The translations under genes and the position numbers were made by a program. Below the pieces are notes generated by a model. The model did no database searches. It was given only the letters and a program-made list of their open reading frames with translations, and had not been told where the DNA came from. From assembly GCA_963667015.2 (NCBI GenBank), contig CAXXJJ010000004.1:2240001-2304000 (forward strand): a stretch of DNA of 64,000 nt, in the 5' to 3' direction. Of this stretch, positions 9,817 through 19,283 are shown piece by piece (position 1 is the stretch's first letter; each line of letters starts with the position of its first letter). This DNA is from Desulfatiglandales bacterium (GTDB lineage Bacteria; Desulfobacterota; DSM-4660; Desulfatiglandales; HGW-15).

Positions 9817-10698
9817 TTATTGATTCCTGTACCGATTGCTTTCGCTTCTCTCAAACCTCATCTGGCTTATCTGTTCTGAAATAATCCCCATAAAAAAAAC
9901 AATGATGGCTGTTGTAAAAAGAAGTGCGCTCATATTGGTGAATCGTCCTGAGGAGAAATAGGTATATACATAATAGAAAAGTCCAATAAGAAAAATAAAA
10001 AAACTAACAGGCAAAAATATCCTGAAAGGTGAATAGAGGGCACAGATCTTTGTAATTATCATAAAGAATCTCACGCCATCCCGGAATATACTGATATTAC
10101 TTTTCCCCTTAGTCCTTCTCTTTACCTCAATGGGCAAATATTTAAGACTCTTTCCGTTTCGTAGAACACCAAGCGTCATAGTGGTTGGGTATGAATAGGT
10201 ATTAGGTAAGAGGTATAAAAGACTTTGTGCTATCTCAGCCTTTACAGCCCTGAATCCGGAAGTGAGATCCTGAACCCTGAATTTTGCCACATATCCGGCA
10301 AGCCAGTTTAATATCCTGTTTCCACCACCACGAAAAAGTGAAACCTGACTATTCCTTGAACGTGCACCAACTACCATATCATATTCAGGGAAATATTGAA
10401 GCATTGTGGCAATATCTTCAGGGTTGTGTTGTCCATCTCCATCTATAAAAACCAGTATCTCTCCGGAGGCGATCCTTATTCCACTTTTTATAGAGGCACC
10501 ATTTCCTATATTATAGGGGTGGCTGTATACAATTGCCCCTGACTCTCTGGCAACATCACCGGTCTGGTCGGTAGACCCATCGTTGATAACTATTATCTCA
10601 AGGTCAGAGTCCACCTTTCTTATTCCATCTATAACATCCTTGATTGTCTCTGCCTCATTGTATGCAGGTATAATTACTGATACATCAGTTCTTTTCAT
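9817..10698 (-). CDS. Glycosyltransferase family 2, polyprenol-phosphate glycosyltransferase (DPM1-like) with C-terminal TM helices
   Basis: IIPAYNE, INDGSTD, DGDGQH, DLTSGFRA; two C-terminal hydrophobic helices. Confidence 0.9.
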   Translation of the reverse strand: MKRTDVSVIIPAYNEAETIKDVIDGIRKVDSDLEIIVINDGSTDQTGDVARESGAIVYSHPYNIGNGASIKSGIRIASGEILVFIDGDGQHNPEDIATMLQYFPEYDMVVGARSRNSQVSLFRGGGNRILNWLAGYVAKFRVQDLTSGFRAVKAEIAQSLLYLLPNTYSYPTTMTLGVLRNGKSLKYLPIEVKRRTKGKSNISIFRDGVRFFMIITKICALYSPFRIFLPVSFFIFLIGLFYYVYTYFSSGRFTNMSALLFTTAIIVFFMGIISEQISQMRFERSESNRYRNQ

Positions 10699-10786
10699 AT
10701 TCCATCCTGAAAAAATCAATTTCATTTAAATAGTAAAAACCTTTTCTGCTGGGAAGAAACGGTCAGTTGTTTAGAGCTGGAAACTA

Positions 10787-11149
10787 TTATTCTTTAATGA
10801 TGGTTCCCCCTGGTCCAGTATATAGATAGGTTTTATCACCATGAGAATGATGAGAGCTTATTGTATAACCATTTTCATCTCCCGTAATATCCAGGGTTAC
10901 ACCAGGTGATTCGAACAGCTGAGATGCCTGGTTGAGTCTTTCAAAAGATCCGGCATATATTCTATTCTCAGCATAGTATGCCTCCTGTGCTGTTATAGCA
11001 TTTTTAATATCTGACATCGCCGCTGCGTTATGGGACATCATCCTGTATTTAGAAAACTGGGGGATAGCGATAGCAGCCAAAATACCGATGATAGCAATGA
11101 CAATAAGCACTTCGATAAGTGTAAAACCTTTGTTACGGAGCAAATTCAT
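10787..11149 (-). CDS. pilA: Type IVa prepilin (PilA-like)
   Basis: KG|FTLIEVLIVIAIIGILAAIAIPQF class III signal; GGAGG RBS just upstream of ATG 11149; 112-aa mature protein. Confidence 0.9.
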   Translation of the reverse strand: MNLLRNKGFTLIEVLIVIAIIGILAAIAIPQFSKYRMMSHNAAAMSDIKNAITAQEAYYAENRIYAGSFERLNQASQLFESPGVTLDITGDENGYTISSHHSHGDKTYLYTGPGGTIIKE

Positions 11150-11227
11150 CTTTTCCTCCAGAAATATTTTGACCGAATCCAAGCTTCAAATGGCATATAT
11201 ACCTATATTATTTTTAAGCCATCAGGA

Positions 11228-12907
11228 TTATTTTAAGATATGCAAGCCTGCACCATTTTTATAAAAAATTGAAGCAGAATAATTCCTGAAAAAAGATCCA
11301 ATTAATTCCTGTTTATCCGGTAAAAAATTATCCTTAAGCCATTTATCAAAAAGCGGGAAATAGATCAGCAGATGCGTAATTCCCCTTTTTCGAAAACCGG
11401 CCAATATTTCCTCTGAATCATGGGCTGATAGTATCCTTTTAAGAAGGTTTAAATCAAAAACATAATTCCGGTCACAGTAATATCCTCTCTTTCCCAGATG
11501 AATAAAAAATATCTTTGAATCCTGAGCCAGATTTTCATTTATATATTTAAGAGCAGGATATTCAGGGATATAGTTCGATATATATTCATCACGATCAATT
11601 TTCCCACTGATATAAGGCAAAGGATCAACTTTGCCAAACAGATTTATTATATATGAGACATTCAATGCCAGGCACAGAATAAAAATAAGTGAGACTGCAG
11701 CGCCTGCTGCTTTATTAAAACGTGATGGTATACCACGCAGTATCTCCACCAGGTTCTTTATACCCAATATGGATAATACTGTCAAAGGAGGTATAACCGG
11801 TGCAATGTAGCGTATCCTGAATACGGCTGTAAATAATGCAATCAATATAAAGAGAATACTGAATAACAGCATAATGGATTTTTCTTTTTGGGAGAAGGCG
11901 GACATATTTTTTATTGGGAGAAAAGCAAACAAGGTGAATATCAATAAAAAGGGATTCAGTTTTCCGTCAAAATACTGCGGGTCTCCATCTCTGCCCTGAA
12001 AAAAAATCCTGAGCGGCAGCAATGATATTTCCAGACCTGATTCCCCATAAACAAAATGTCTGTAGGTAAAAAGCCCTTTATTTTGTCTTACCTTTTTTTC
12101 TTCATTATTATCCCTGTTAACCGGTAAAACAGGGGCTGGCGGATTAAATACTTTATTATAGAGCGGATATATCGGGTTTCCCTTCCAGGAATAGTTTCTT
12201 ATCATCCATGGCGAAAAAACCACCAGGGAAGTTATAACAAAGATAAGGCAGTAAAAAATCGCTCCTGAAAATACTGTTTTTTTATTTTCACTGAACCTTG
12301 AATAGATGAAAGGAATAAAAAGAGTCAGCAACGCAAAAGTAACCAGACTATTGTATTTGGTTCCAAGGGCTAAACCGCACATTATACCGGAATATATGAG
12401 GTATTTATATCTGAAGTCATTTTCCAGCCACTTCATCATCAGCAAGAGTGAAGCAAATGAAAAAAAGATCACTCCAAGATCCACGTAAACATTTATGGAC
12501 AATTTCACTATTACAGGTATTGAAAGAAAAAAAAGCGCGCCCGCCAGGCCATAGACAGCTCCGGCCCTCTTTTTCAAATAGCCGAATATCAACCATGCAG
12601 TTAAAAGTGCGAATAAAAAATGAATCAGCTTCGGAACAATATCATTTCCAAAATAAAGTGGAATCATGTAAAGGAGATCAAGATTCATCGGATAGTATGA
12701 GAAATCCATAAAAGGAATCTCATAGATACCCCCATGGTTCAGATAAAGCTTTGGGACAGCCAGATGATGTACAAGCGCATCCCTGCTGACCGGCGGTACC
12801 ATGGACATAACTACTACCACGGTCACCAGCGCAGCCAGGGCCAGGACTAAAAATCTGCCCAAATTTTCTTTACCTGTACATCGAGTAAAATCCATGCAAA
12901 ACACCAC
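11228..12907 (-). CDS. Polytopic membrane GT-C fold glycosyltransferase (PMT_2/GT39-like, lipid-carrier dependent)
   Basis: Many TM helices; DALVHHLAVPK...YYP loop, YVDL, GLALGTK, SPWMIRN..WKGNPIYP. Confidence 0.75.
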   Translation of the reverse strand: MVFCMDFTRCTGKENLGRFLVLALAALVTVVVVMSMVPPVSRDALVHHLAVPKLYLNHGGIYEIPFMDFSYYPMNLDLLYMIPLYFGNDIVPKLIHFLFALLTAWLIFGYLKKRAGAVYGLAGALFFLSIPVIVKLSINVYVDLGVIFFSFASLLLMMKWLENDFRYKYLIYSGIMCGLALGTKYNSLVTFALLTLFIPFIYSRFSENKKTVFSGAIFYCLIFVITSLVVFSPWMIRNYSWKGNPIYPLYNKVFNPPAPVLPVNRDNNEEKKVRQNKGLFTYRHFVYGESGLEISLLPLRIFFQGRDGDPQYFDGKLNPFLLIFTLFAFLPIKNMSAFSQKEKSIMLLFSILFILIALFTAVFRIRYIAPVIPPLTVLSILGIKNLVEILRGIPSRFNKAAGAAVSLIFILCLALNVSYIINLFGKVDPLPYISGKIDRDEYISNYIPEYPALKYINENLAQDSKIFFIHLGKRGYYCDRNYVFDLNLLKRILSAHDSEEILAGFRKRGITHLLIYFPLFDKWLKDNFLPDKQELIGSFFRNYSASIFYKNGAGLHILK

Positions 12908-13014
12908 AGAATAATTTATATTAATTTTTCTAATTGATAATAACTTATTAATACATTAAATGGAATCATTTCTATATACTTTATTTATATTTCTGATTAG
13001 ACAGGAGCTTACTG

Positions 13015-13779
13015 ATGCAGCTTACAATATTAGGTTCGGGCACCTCAATACCCCTTTCATACAGGTCGTCGCCATCGCTCATGCTTAATATAGACGGAGA
13101 TATTCTGCTTCTGGACATGGGGCCCGGGACACTGAGACAGCTTGCTCGTACAGGGATCAATAGCAGTTCAATTGATCATATATTCTTCAGTCATTTTCAC
13201 CCTGACCATACCGCAGATCTTATTCATTTTCTGTTTGTGACCCGTAATCCGAATATATTTGATAATCGAAAACCATTCCTGCTGTCAGGATCAAAGGGCC
13301 TGAAAAACCTGGTATATAAACTTCAGAAGGCATACCTAGGGTGGCTTGAAATACCAGAAGACATAATGACAATAGAAGAATTCAACAATCTTGAAACAAC
13401 AGTAAATAACTATAAAAAATATACAGTTTCCACATATCCGGTTGATCATACAGAAAGCAGTCTCGCCTGCAGGATTGAAGATAAAAGGGGAAAAAATATT
13501 GTATATGCAGGAGATACAGGCTTTTTAAAAGGGATAGCATCCTTTGCTGCGGGAACGGATCTTCTTGTTCTTGAATGTTCCCTTCCGGAAGGAGGGAATA
13601 CCGAAGGACATCTTACTCCTGCTCAGGCCGGAAGACTTGCATCACTATCAGGGGTTAATAAACTGCTGCTGGTTCACTTTTATCCTGAAGTGCTTTCAAC
13701 CGATATTACTGGTGAGTGCAGAAAACACTACAGGGGAGAGTTAATGCTTGGCAGGGATATGATGAGCATCAATATTTAA
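13015..13779 (+). CDS. MBL-fold metallohydrolase, RNase Z-like
   Basis: LGSGT, DMGPG, SHFHPDH, YAGDT, HLT and VHFY motifs. Confidence 0.85.
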   Translation: MQLTILGSGTSIPLSYRSSPSLMLNIDGDILLLDMGPGTLRQLARTGINSSSIDHIFFSHFHPDHTADLIHFLFVTRNPNIFDNRKPFLLSGSKGLKNLVYKLQKAYLGWLEIPEDIMTIEEFNNLETTVNNYKKYTVSTYPVDHTESSLACRIEDKRGKNIVYAGDTGFLKGIASFAAGTDLLVLECSLPEGGNTEGHLTPAQAGRLASLSGVNKLLLVHFYPEVLSTDITGECRKHYRGELMLGRDMMSINI

Positions 13780-14747
13780 TACAATCTTTCTATCATATAT
13801 TCATTAAGGGAAAGCAGATTATCCCTGTGCTCAGACGAGGGGAACTCTTTTAAACATTCTGCCGCCTTTGCAACATATTCCTGTGCTCTGTTCTTTGTTT
13901 TTTCAATATTTCCGCTTGCCCTGACAAGGTTGATAAGTTCGTTATATCCTGCTTCGCTGTCATTCCCGTTTAATAATAACTCTTTGAACTTATCAGACTC
14001 GGCTTTTGTCATTCCGGGTATTGTATATATAAGCGGAAGCGTGATTTTACCTTCTTTAAAATCTTTTCCAACAGGTTTTCCGAATTCCTCCTCGGATGAT
14101 GAGTAGTCAAGCAGGTCATCAACCATTTGAAAGGCAATTCCCATATTAAGCCCGAAATTTTTAAGGTATTCCACCTTCTCTTTTTCGGCCTGAGCTGCCA
14201 CAGCGCCTGCAGCACAGGATGCGGAAATCAGATCAGCGGTTTTTGATGTTATAATTTCCAGATATTCATCTTCTGATGTGTCCCATTTTCTGGTGCATGT
14301 GAGTTCCCTTACCTGTCCCTCTGTCATACATGCAGCGGTGTTTGTTACTATAGAAATAATTTCAAGCTTTTCTGACTGTAATGCAATTCTGGATGCCATT
14401 GAGAACAGGTAATCACCAGCCAGCACGGCAGCGGTATTGCCCCATAAATTGCTTGCAGAAGGTTTTTTCCGCCGAATATCAGCATTATCAATAACATCAT
14501 CATGGAGCAGGGATGCACAGTGAATATATTCAAACATGGTAGATAGAAAATAGAGATCCTTTTTTTCATAACCGCACATAATGGCACTGATTACAAAGAG
14601 CAATGGGCGCAGTCTTTTCCCTCCACCTAAAAGGGAATGCCTGCATACCTCGTCAATAAGCGGCACATTTGAAAAAATACTCTTTTCGAGCTCTTTTTCT
14701 ATTTCTTCAAAATGATGGTTAAATATTTCTAAAATGTTTTTATCCAT
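13776..14747 (-). CDS. ispB: Polyprenyl (octaprenyl) diphosphate synthase
   Basis: GGKRLRP, HDDVID..RR, FQMVDDLLD, GKPVGKDFKEGK.TLP. Confidence 0.9.
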   Translation of the reverse strand: MDKNILEIFNHHFEEIEKELEKSIFSNVPLIDEVCRHSLLGGGKRLRPLLFVISAIMCGYEKKDLYFLSTMFEYIHCASLLHDDVIDNADIRRKKPSASNLWGNTAAVLAGDYLFSMASRIALQSEKLEIISIVTNTAACMTEGQVRELTCTRKWDTSEDEYLEIITSKTADLISASCAAGAVAAQAEKEKVEYLKNFGLNMGIAFQMVDDLLDYSSSEEEFGKPVGKDFKEGKITLPLIYTIPGMTKAESDKFKELLLNGNDSEAGYNELINLVRASGNIEKTKNRAQEYVAKAAECLKEFPSSEHRDNLLSLNEYMIERLY

Positions 14748-14845
14748 GCCTGAATGGCTTCTCCGGTACTGTAAAAATATGAACCTATAAATTATTAATG
14801 AACAGAATTAATTAACATCTAGATTATTATTATTCAACCTAAATA

Positions 14846-16183
14846 TCAGACTATCTCTCCAACAAGATCATATGGATGTGCTTCGGTTATAAGCACATCC
14901 TGTATTTCTCCCGGTATTCCTTCACCCTTATTAATAAGGATCTGGCTGTCCACATCCGGGGCCATTCCTATCGTCCTGCCGCATAAAAGAAGTTCCGTTT
15001 CAGGTGATACACCTTCAATTAAAACCGGAACAACCTGATTGATCATTGCCCTGTTCTTTTTCAGAGAGATATTCGCCTGTAGCTTCATAAGGGCATCTCT
15101 TCTTTCTTCTGAGACTTTGCTGTCGGGAATGCCCTTCATGCGTGCAGCCGGGGTGCCCTTTTCGGGGCTGTATATAAATGCACCCAAATGATCGAATTCC
15201 GTATCCCTTACAAAATTGAACATTTCCTCAAATGCCTCATTCGTCTCACCCGGAAACCCGACCATCATTGTTGTCCTGATGCTGAACTTCCTGCTATATG
15301 ATCGAACACGCCGGATAAGATCGGTCGGGGTTTCGCCCTTTATCTCCCTGTCCATCGCCTTTAGAATTTTTTCATTTACATGCTGAAAGGGAATATCCAG
15401 ATAAGGAGCGATTATCTCTTCACTGCTCATCAGATTTAAGAGAGAATCCCTTATTTCATAGGGATGTGAGTATAGTATTCTTATCCACTCTATTCCTTTT
15501 ATTGAAAGAAGGTTTTCGAGCAGGCCTTCAATGCAAGCTCCGTCATCCAGATCTGCGCCGTAAATTGTCGTATCCTGGGCAATAAGGTTTATTTCCTTAA
15601 CACCCCGATCTCTCATTGCCTTTGCCTCAGAAACGATTGACTGAATCTGCCGGCTTCTTAAGGGGCCTCTTATGGGTGGAATTGCACAGTAGGAGCACCT
15701 GTGATTACAACCCTCTGCTATCTTGATATATGCCGAATAAAATGGTGTTGTCTGGATCCTTGGAATTTCATGATCAGCCAGGAATACAGGGCGTCCGATA
15801 TAAAAGGGAGCATTGATATTATAAATAGATTCTACCAGTTCGACTATCCTTTGCAGTTCACCGGTACCCAGCCAGCCATCCACTTCAGGCATTTCTCTTT
15901 TAAGCTTGTATCCATACCGCTGAACAAAACAGCCGGTTACGATTACCTTGTCAATCTCACCGCTTTTTTTCTTTTCAATAACATCCAGAATAACATCAAT
16001 AGCCTCTTCCACTGCAGACTGAAGGAACCCGCATGTATTAACTATAACAATATCCGAATCGGCTATCTCCTTTACTATCGAACAACCTATTGAAGACAGG
16101 AGTCCCAGGATATTTTCGCTATCAACAAGGTTTTTTGCACAACCCAGACTTATTAAAAATATTTTTTTATTTGATTCTGTCAT
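14846..16183 (-). CDS. rimO: Ribosomal protein S12 methylthiotransferase
   Basis: SLGCAKNLVDSE, NTCGFL, IAEGCNHRCSYCAIP; C-terminal TRAM with APDVD. Confidence 0.95.
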   Translation of the reverse strand: MTESNKKIFLISLGCAKNLVDSENILGLLSSIGCSIVKEIADSDIVIVNTCGFLQSAVEEAIDVILDVIEKKKSGEIDKVIVTGCFVQRYGYKLKREMPEVDGWLGTGELQRIVELVESIYNINAPFYIGRPVFLADHEIPRIQTTPFYSAYIKIAEGCNHRCSYCAIPPIRGPLRSRQIQSIVSEAKAMRDRGVKEINLIAQDTTIYGADLDDGACIEGLLENLLSIKGIEWIRILYSHPYEIRDSLLNLMSSEEIIAPYLDIPFQHVNEKILKAMDREIKGETPTDLIRRVRSYSRKFSIRTTMMVGFPGETNEAFEEMFNFVRDTEFDHLGAFIYSPEKGTPAARMKGIPDSKVSEERRDALMKLQANISLKKNRAMINQVVPVLIEGVSPETELLLCGRTIGMAPDVDSQILINKGEGIPGEIQDVLITEAHPYDLVGEIV

Positions 16184-16209
16184 GATAAAAACACTGGAAG
16201 GATTAAGGA

Positions 16210-17607
16210 TTATTGTTTGTACTGGTCCAAGTTTACAGACAACCTTCTAAGCAGGGTCATGCCAAATCGCTTAAGGAAAAGAACCTGAATATCTTTTGAA
16301 GATTTATCAAGCAGCGTTGAACTGATTCTTAAAAGAATAGAGTCTGTATCTGCGGTAACTGATGCCACCCTTGAATCTCCGCTCAGGTATGCCATTTCGC
16401 CAAAACATTCACCTCGGTTTACAGTAGCTACAACATTATCATTCTTTTTTACAGCTACTTTACCGCTTAATATCACATAGAATGAATCATCAATTTCACC
16501 TTCATTCATTATCATCTGTCCGGCAGGGGCCTTTACAATGCTGGCAGTATCTATTATCTTTCTTACCTGATCCTTGGTAAAATTGCTGAAAAACTGAATA
16601 TTTCGCACATAATCAACTACATCATCCATCTTTTCTTTCTGTGTAACCCCGGCCTTCAGACCTCTTAAGGCAATTCTAAGGTCATAGGCAAGGTCCATAC
16701 AGGTCTGATACCGTTTATTCTTTTCCTTTGCCAGGGCCTTTTTTGTAATATCCTCAATTATCTTGGGTAATTCAGGCCGTAATTCACTTACCGGGCGAGG
16801 ATCTTCATTGGTTATTTTATACATTATCGTAAAATAGTTTTCACCTGAGAAGGCCTTTTCACAGGTAAGCAGCTCATATAAAACACATCCCAGTGAAAAG
16901 ACATCACTTCTGTTGTCCAGTTCTTCTTCTTTTATCTGTTCAGGAGACATGTAGCTTGGAGACCCGATAATCTCCTTTGACATAGTCTTTTCGGCCTTAA
17001 TCTTTGCAATACCGAAATCGGTTATTTTTATATCACCGGTCTCATTAAGCATTATATTAGATGGTTTGACATCCCTGTGGATGATGCCGTTCTGATGGGC
17101 ATAATCAAGGGCTTTACAGGCTGAAACAACCATTTCCGCTATCCTGTTAACAGGAAGTATATTTTCTTTCTTGCAGTATTCTGAAAGTGTAGGCCCGTTT
17201 ATGTATTCCATTGTAATATAGCAGAAATCCCTGTACATCCCTGCATCGTATATCGCCACAATATTCGGATGTAACAGGCGGCCTGCGGACTGCGCCTCAG
17301 TAAAAAAACTCTCCCGATACTTTTCGGCACTTTCCCGGCTTGCATCAGAGTGCGGTCTTGAAATCTTTATGCCTACCTCCCTCTTTATATATGGGTCCAG
17401 ACCTTTAAATACGATTCCCATGCTGCCCCGGCCAAGCTTATCCAGGATTTCATACCGACCCACCCTTTCAATATCATCAAGATCGCTCAAAAAACGGCTA
17501 TCGACAGGGCTGCTGGCTTTTCCCTTTCCAAGGAACTTTGCGCTAAGCCATCGGGTTATTCCCATCTTTGATGGTTCGAGTTCGTTTTCACGATCTTTGT
17601 CGGTCAA
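16210..17607 (-). CDS. Hanks-type Ser/Thr protein kinase with C-terminal cyclic-nucleotide-binding domain
   Basis: LGRGSMG, HRDVKPSN, DFG, GSPSYMSPEQ, DVFSLG; C-terminal FGEMAYLSGDSRVASV cNMP motif; no TM segment seen. Confidence 0.92.
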   Translation of the reverse strand: MTDKDRENELEPSKMGITRWLSAKFLGKGKASSPVDSRFLSDLDDIERVGRYEILDKLGRGSMGIVFKGLDPYIKREVGIKISRPHSDASRESAEKYRESFFTEAQSAGRLLHPNIVAIYDAGMYRDFCYITMEYINGPTLSEYCKKENILPVNRIAEMVVSACKALDYAHQNGIIHRDVKPSNIMLNETGDIKITDFGIAKIKAEKTMSKEIIGSPSYMSPEQIKEEELDNRSDVFSLGCVLYELLTCEKAFSGENYFTIMYKITNEDPRPVSELRPELPKIIEDITKKALAKEKNKRYQTCMDLAYDLRIALRGLKAGVTQKEKMDDVVDYVRNIQFFSNFTKDQVRKIIDTASIVKAPAGQMIMNEGEIDDSFYVILSGKVAVKKNDNVVATVNRGECFGEMAYLSGDSRVASVTADTDSILLRISSTLLDKSSKDIQVLFLKRFGMTLLRRLSVNLDQYKQ

Positions 17608-17678
17608 ATCGATGATCTATCTCCTCATGTTTTTATGTAATCTCAATAACATAGAAATAAAAAAAAGTATATTGCCAT

Positions 17679-19049
17679 TTACCTGGGATTTAACCTGTAC
17701 CTGATTAATATATCGACCAACTTTTCTTCCGAGTTTAATTCGGGATTATCTGTTACAAGTTCAAGAAGCCTCCCCAGTACCTTCCCAACCTCGGGCCCGG
17801 GTTCAAGCTTCATTACGTCCATTACTTTTTTACCATCTATTGCAAGATCAGTGATTTCAAGGGACATATTATCATTTTTCATTTGCTCAATACGCTGTTC
17901 GAGATGGGCAATAAGTTTCAGTTTATTATCCGTGAAACCATGAGCAATGATATCAGCTTTTCTCAGTGTTAACAATTCATCAATATTATCCCGGCCTGCA
18001 CGCCTGATCAGACGCCTTACCGCCGCATCGCTCCAGACCTCGCTGTAATCAATCATATGAAGCAAAATTAAGGAAGTAACTTTCTTGATTTCCTCCCTGC
18101 TGAACCGCAAACACTCCATGATATCCTTTGCCATTGATGAGCTGATAGCCGCATGATTATAAAAGTGATATTCATTATTGATTTCTTCCCTAACACGGGG
18201 TTTCCCTATATCATGAAGCAGCGCGGCAAGCCGTAACATATGGTTTGAAGGAACATTTTCGACGGTTTCAAGGGTATGTTTAAAAACCGTATATCTGTGC
18301 CAGGAGTTCTGTTCCATGCCATATCCTTCGAGAAGCTCCGGCAAAAAATATCCCATTAAACCGGTTGTTCGCAGGAGTTCCAGCAGATTTGAAGGTTTTT
18401 TGCACAGGATTATCTTTATAAGCTCATCCCTTACCCTTTCTATAGAAACCAAAGCTAAACTGGAGGCATGAGCCCCTATTTCATCAACAGTATTTTTATC
18501 GATTGTAAAACCAAGTTCTCCGGCAATCCTGACTGCCCTCATCATTCTTAAGGGATCTTCCCTGAATCTGTCGCCAGGATTAATCACCGCCCTTATTATT
18601 TTTCCTTTTATGTCACCTTCCCCGTCATGAGGATCAATCACAATGGATTTTTCCTCATCATATGCCATTGCATTCAGGGTAAAATCTCTGTGGCTCAAAT
18701 CACTGTATATATCCCCTTTTTTACCATTTATCCCCTTCATGGTTGTAACTTCATAAGACCTGCCCGAATGCACAAGGGTTACGGTTTCATGCTTTAAAGA
18801 AAACTGCCTGATATTCTTAAAAACAGATTGTATTTCATGAACCCCGGCATTTGTGGTTATATCCCAGTCAATTGCTTCCCGCTCCAGTAAGGCATCCCTT
18901 ACTGCCCCGCCTACAATAAATGCATTAAATCCCTTGTTTTTAAGTACCTTTATAATAGTGCTTACAAAGTCAGGGATATCGATTCGGAAGGAAAATTCCA
19001 ATTTGTTTCTTGGGGCATTATATTTCATCAAATTCTTTAACCTGGCCAT
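17679..19049 (-). CDS. Class II tRNA nucleotidyltransferase with HD domain (CCA- or CC-adding)
   Basis: VGGAVRD, DWDITT, RDFTLNAMA, EDPLR, LLHDIGKP. Confidence 0.9.
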   Translation of the reverse strand: MARLKNLMKYNAPRNKLEFSFRIDIPDFVSTIIKVLKNKGFNAFIVGGAVRDALLEREAIDWDITTNAGVHEIQSVFKNIRQFSLKHETVTLVHSGRSYEVTTMKGINGKKGDIYSDLSHRDFTLNAMAYDEEKSIVIDPHDGEGDIKGKIIRAVINPGDRFREDPLRMMRAVRIAGELGFTIDKNTVDEIGAHASSLALVSIERVRDELIKIILCKKPSNLLELLRTTGLMGYFLPELLEGYGMEQNSWHRYTVFKHTLETVENVPSNHMLRLAALLHDIGKPRVREEINNEYHFYNHAAISSSMAKDIMECLRFSREEIKKVTSLILLHMIDYSEVWSDAAVRRLIRRAGRDNIDELLTLRKADIIAHGFTDNKLKLIAHLEQRIEQMKNDNMSLEITDLAIDGKKVMDVMKLEPGPEVGKVLGRLLELVTDNPELNSEEKLVDILIRYRLNPR

Positions 19050-19283
19050 ATTTTATAATCAAAAAATCATACTATATATATTAATATAACTTATTTATCA
19101 TTTATTTAATTATTTTTTACTTTCTTTACCGTTATGTTTTCCATTAACCTTCTGTTAAAAAACTTTGACTATAATGTATCTCTTTTCTATAGTTATTTTT
19201 GTCCGGTAAAACCTGCAAGTTATTTTTAAAATTTCGACAACCTGCTATTCAGGAATAATATTATTTATCATATTTAAGCTGTC

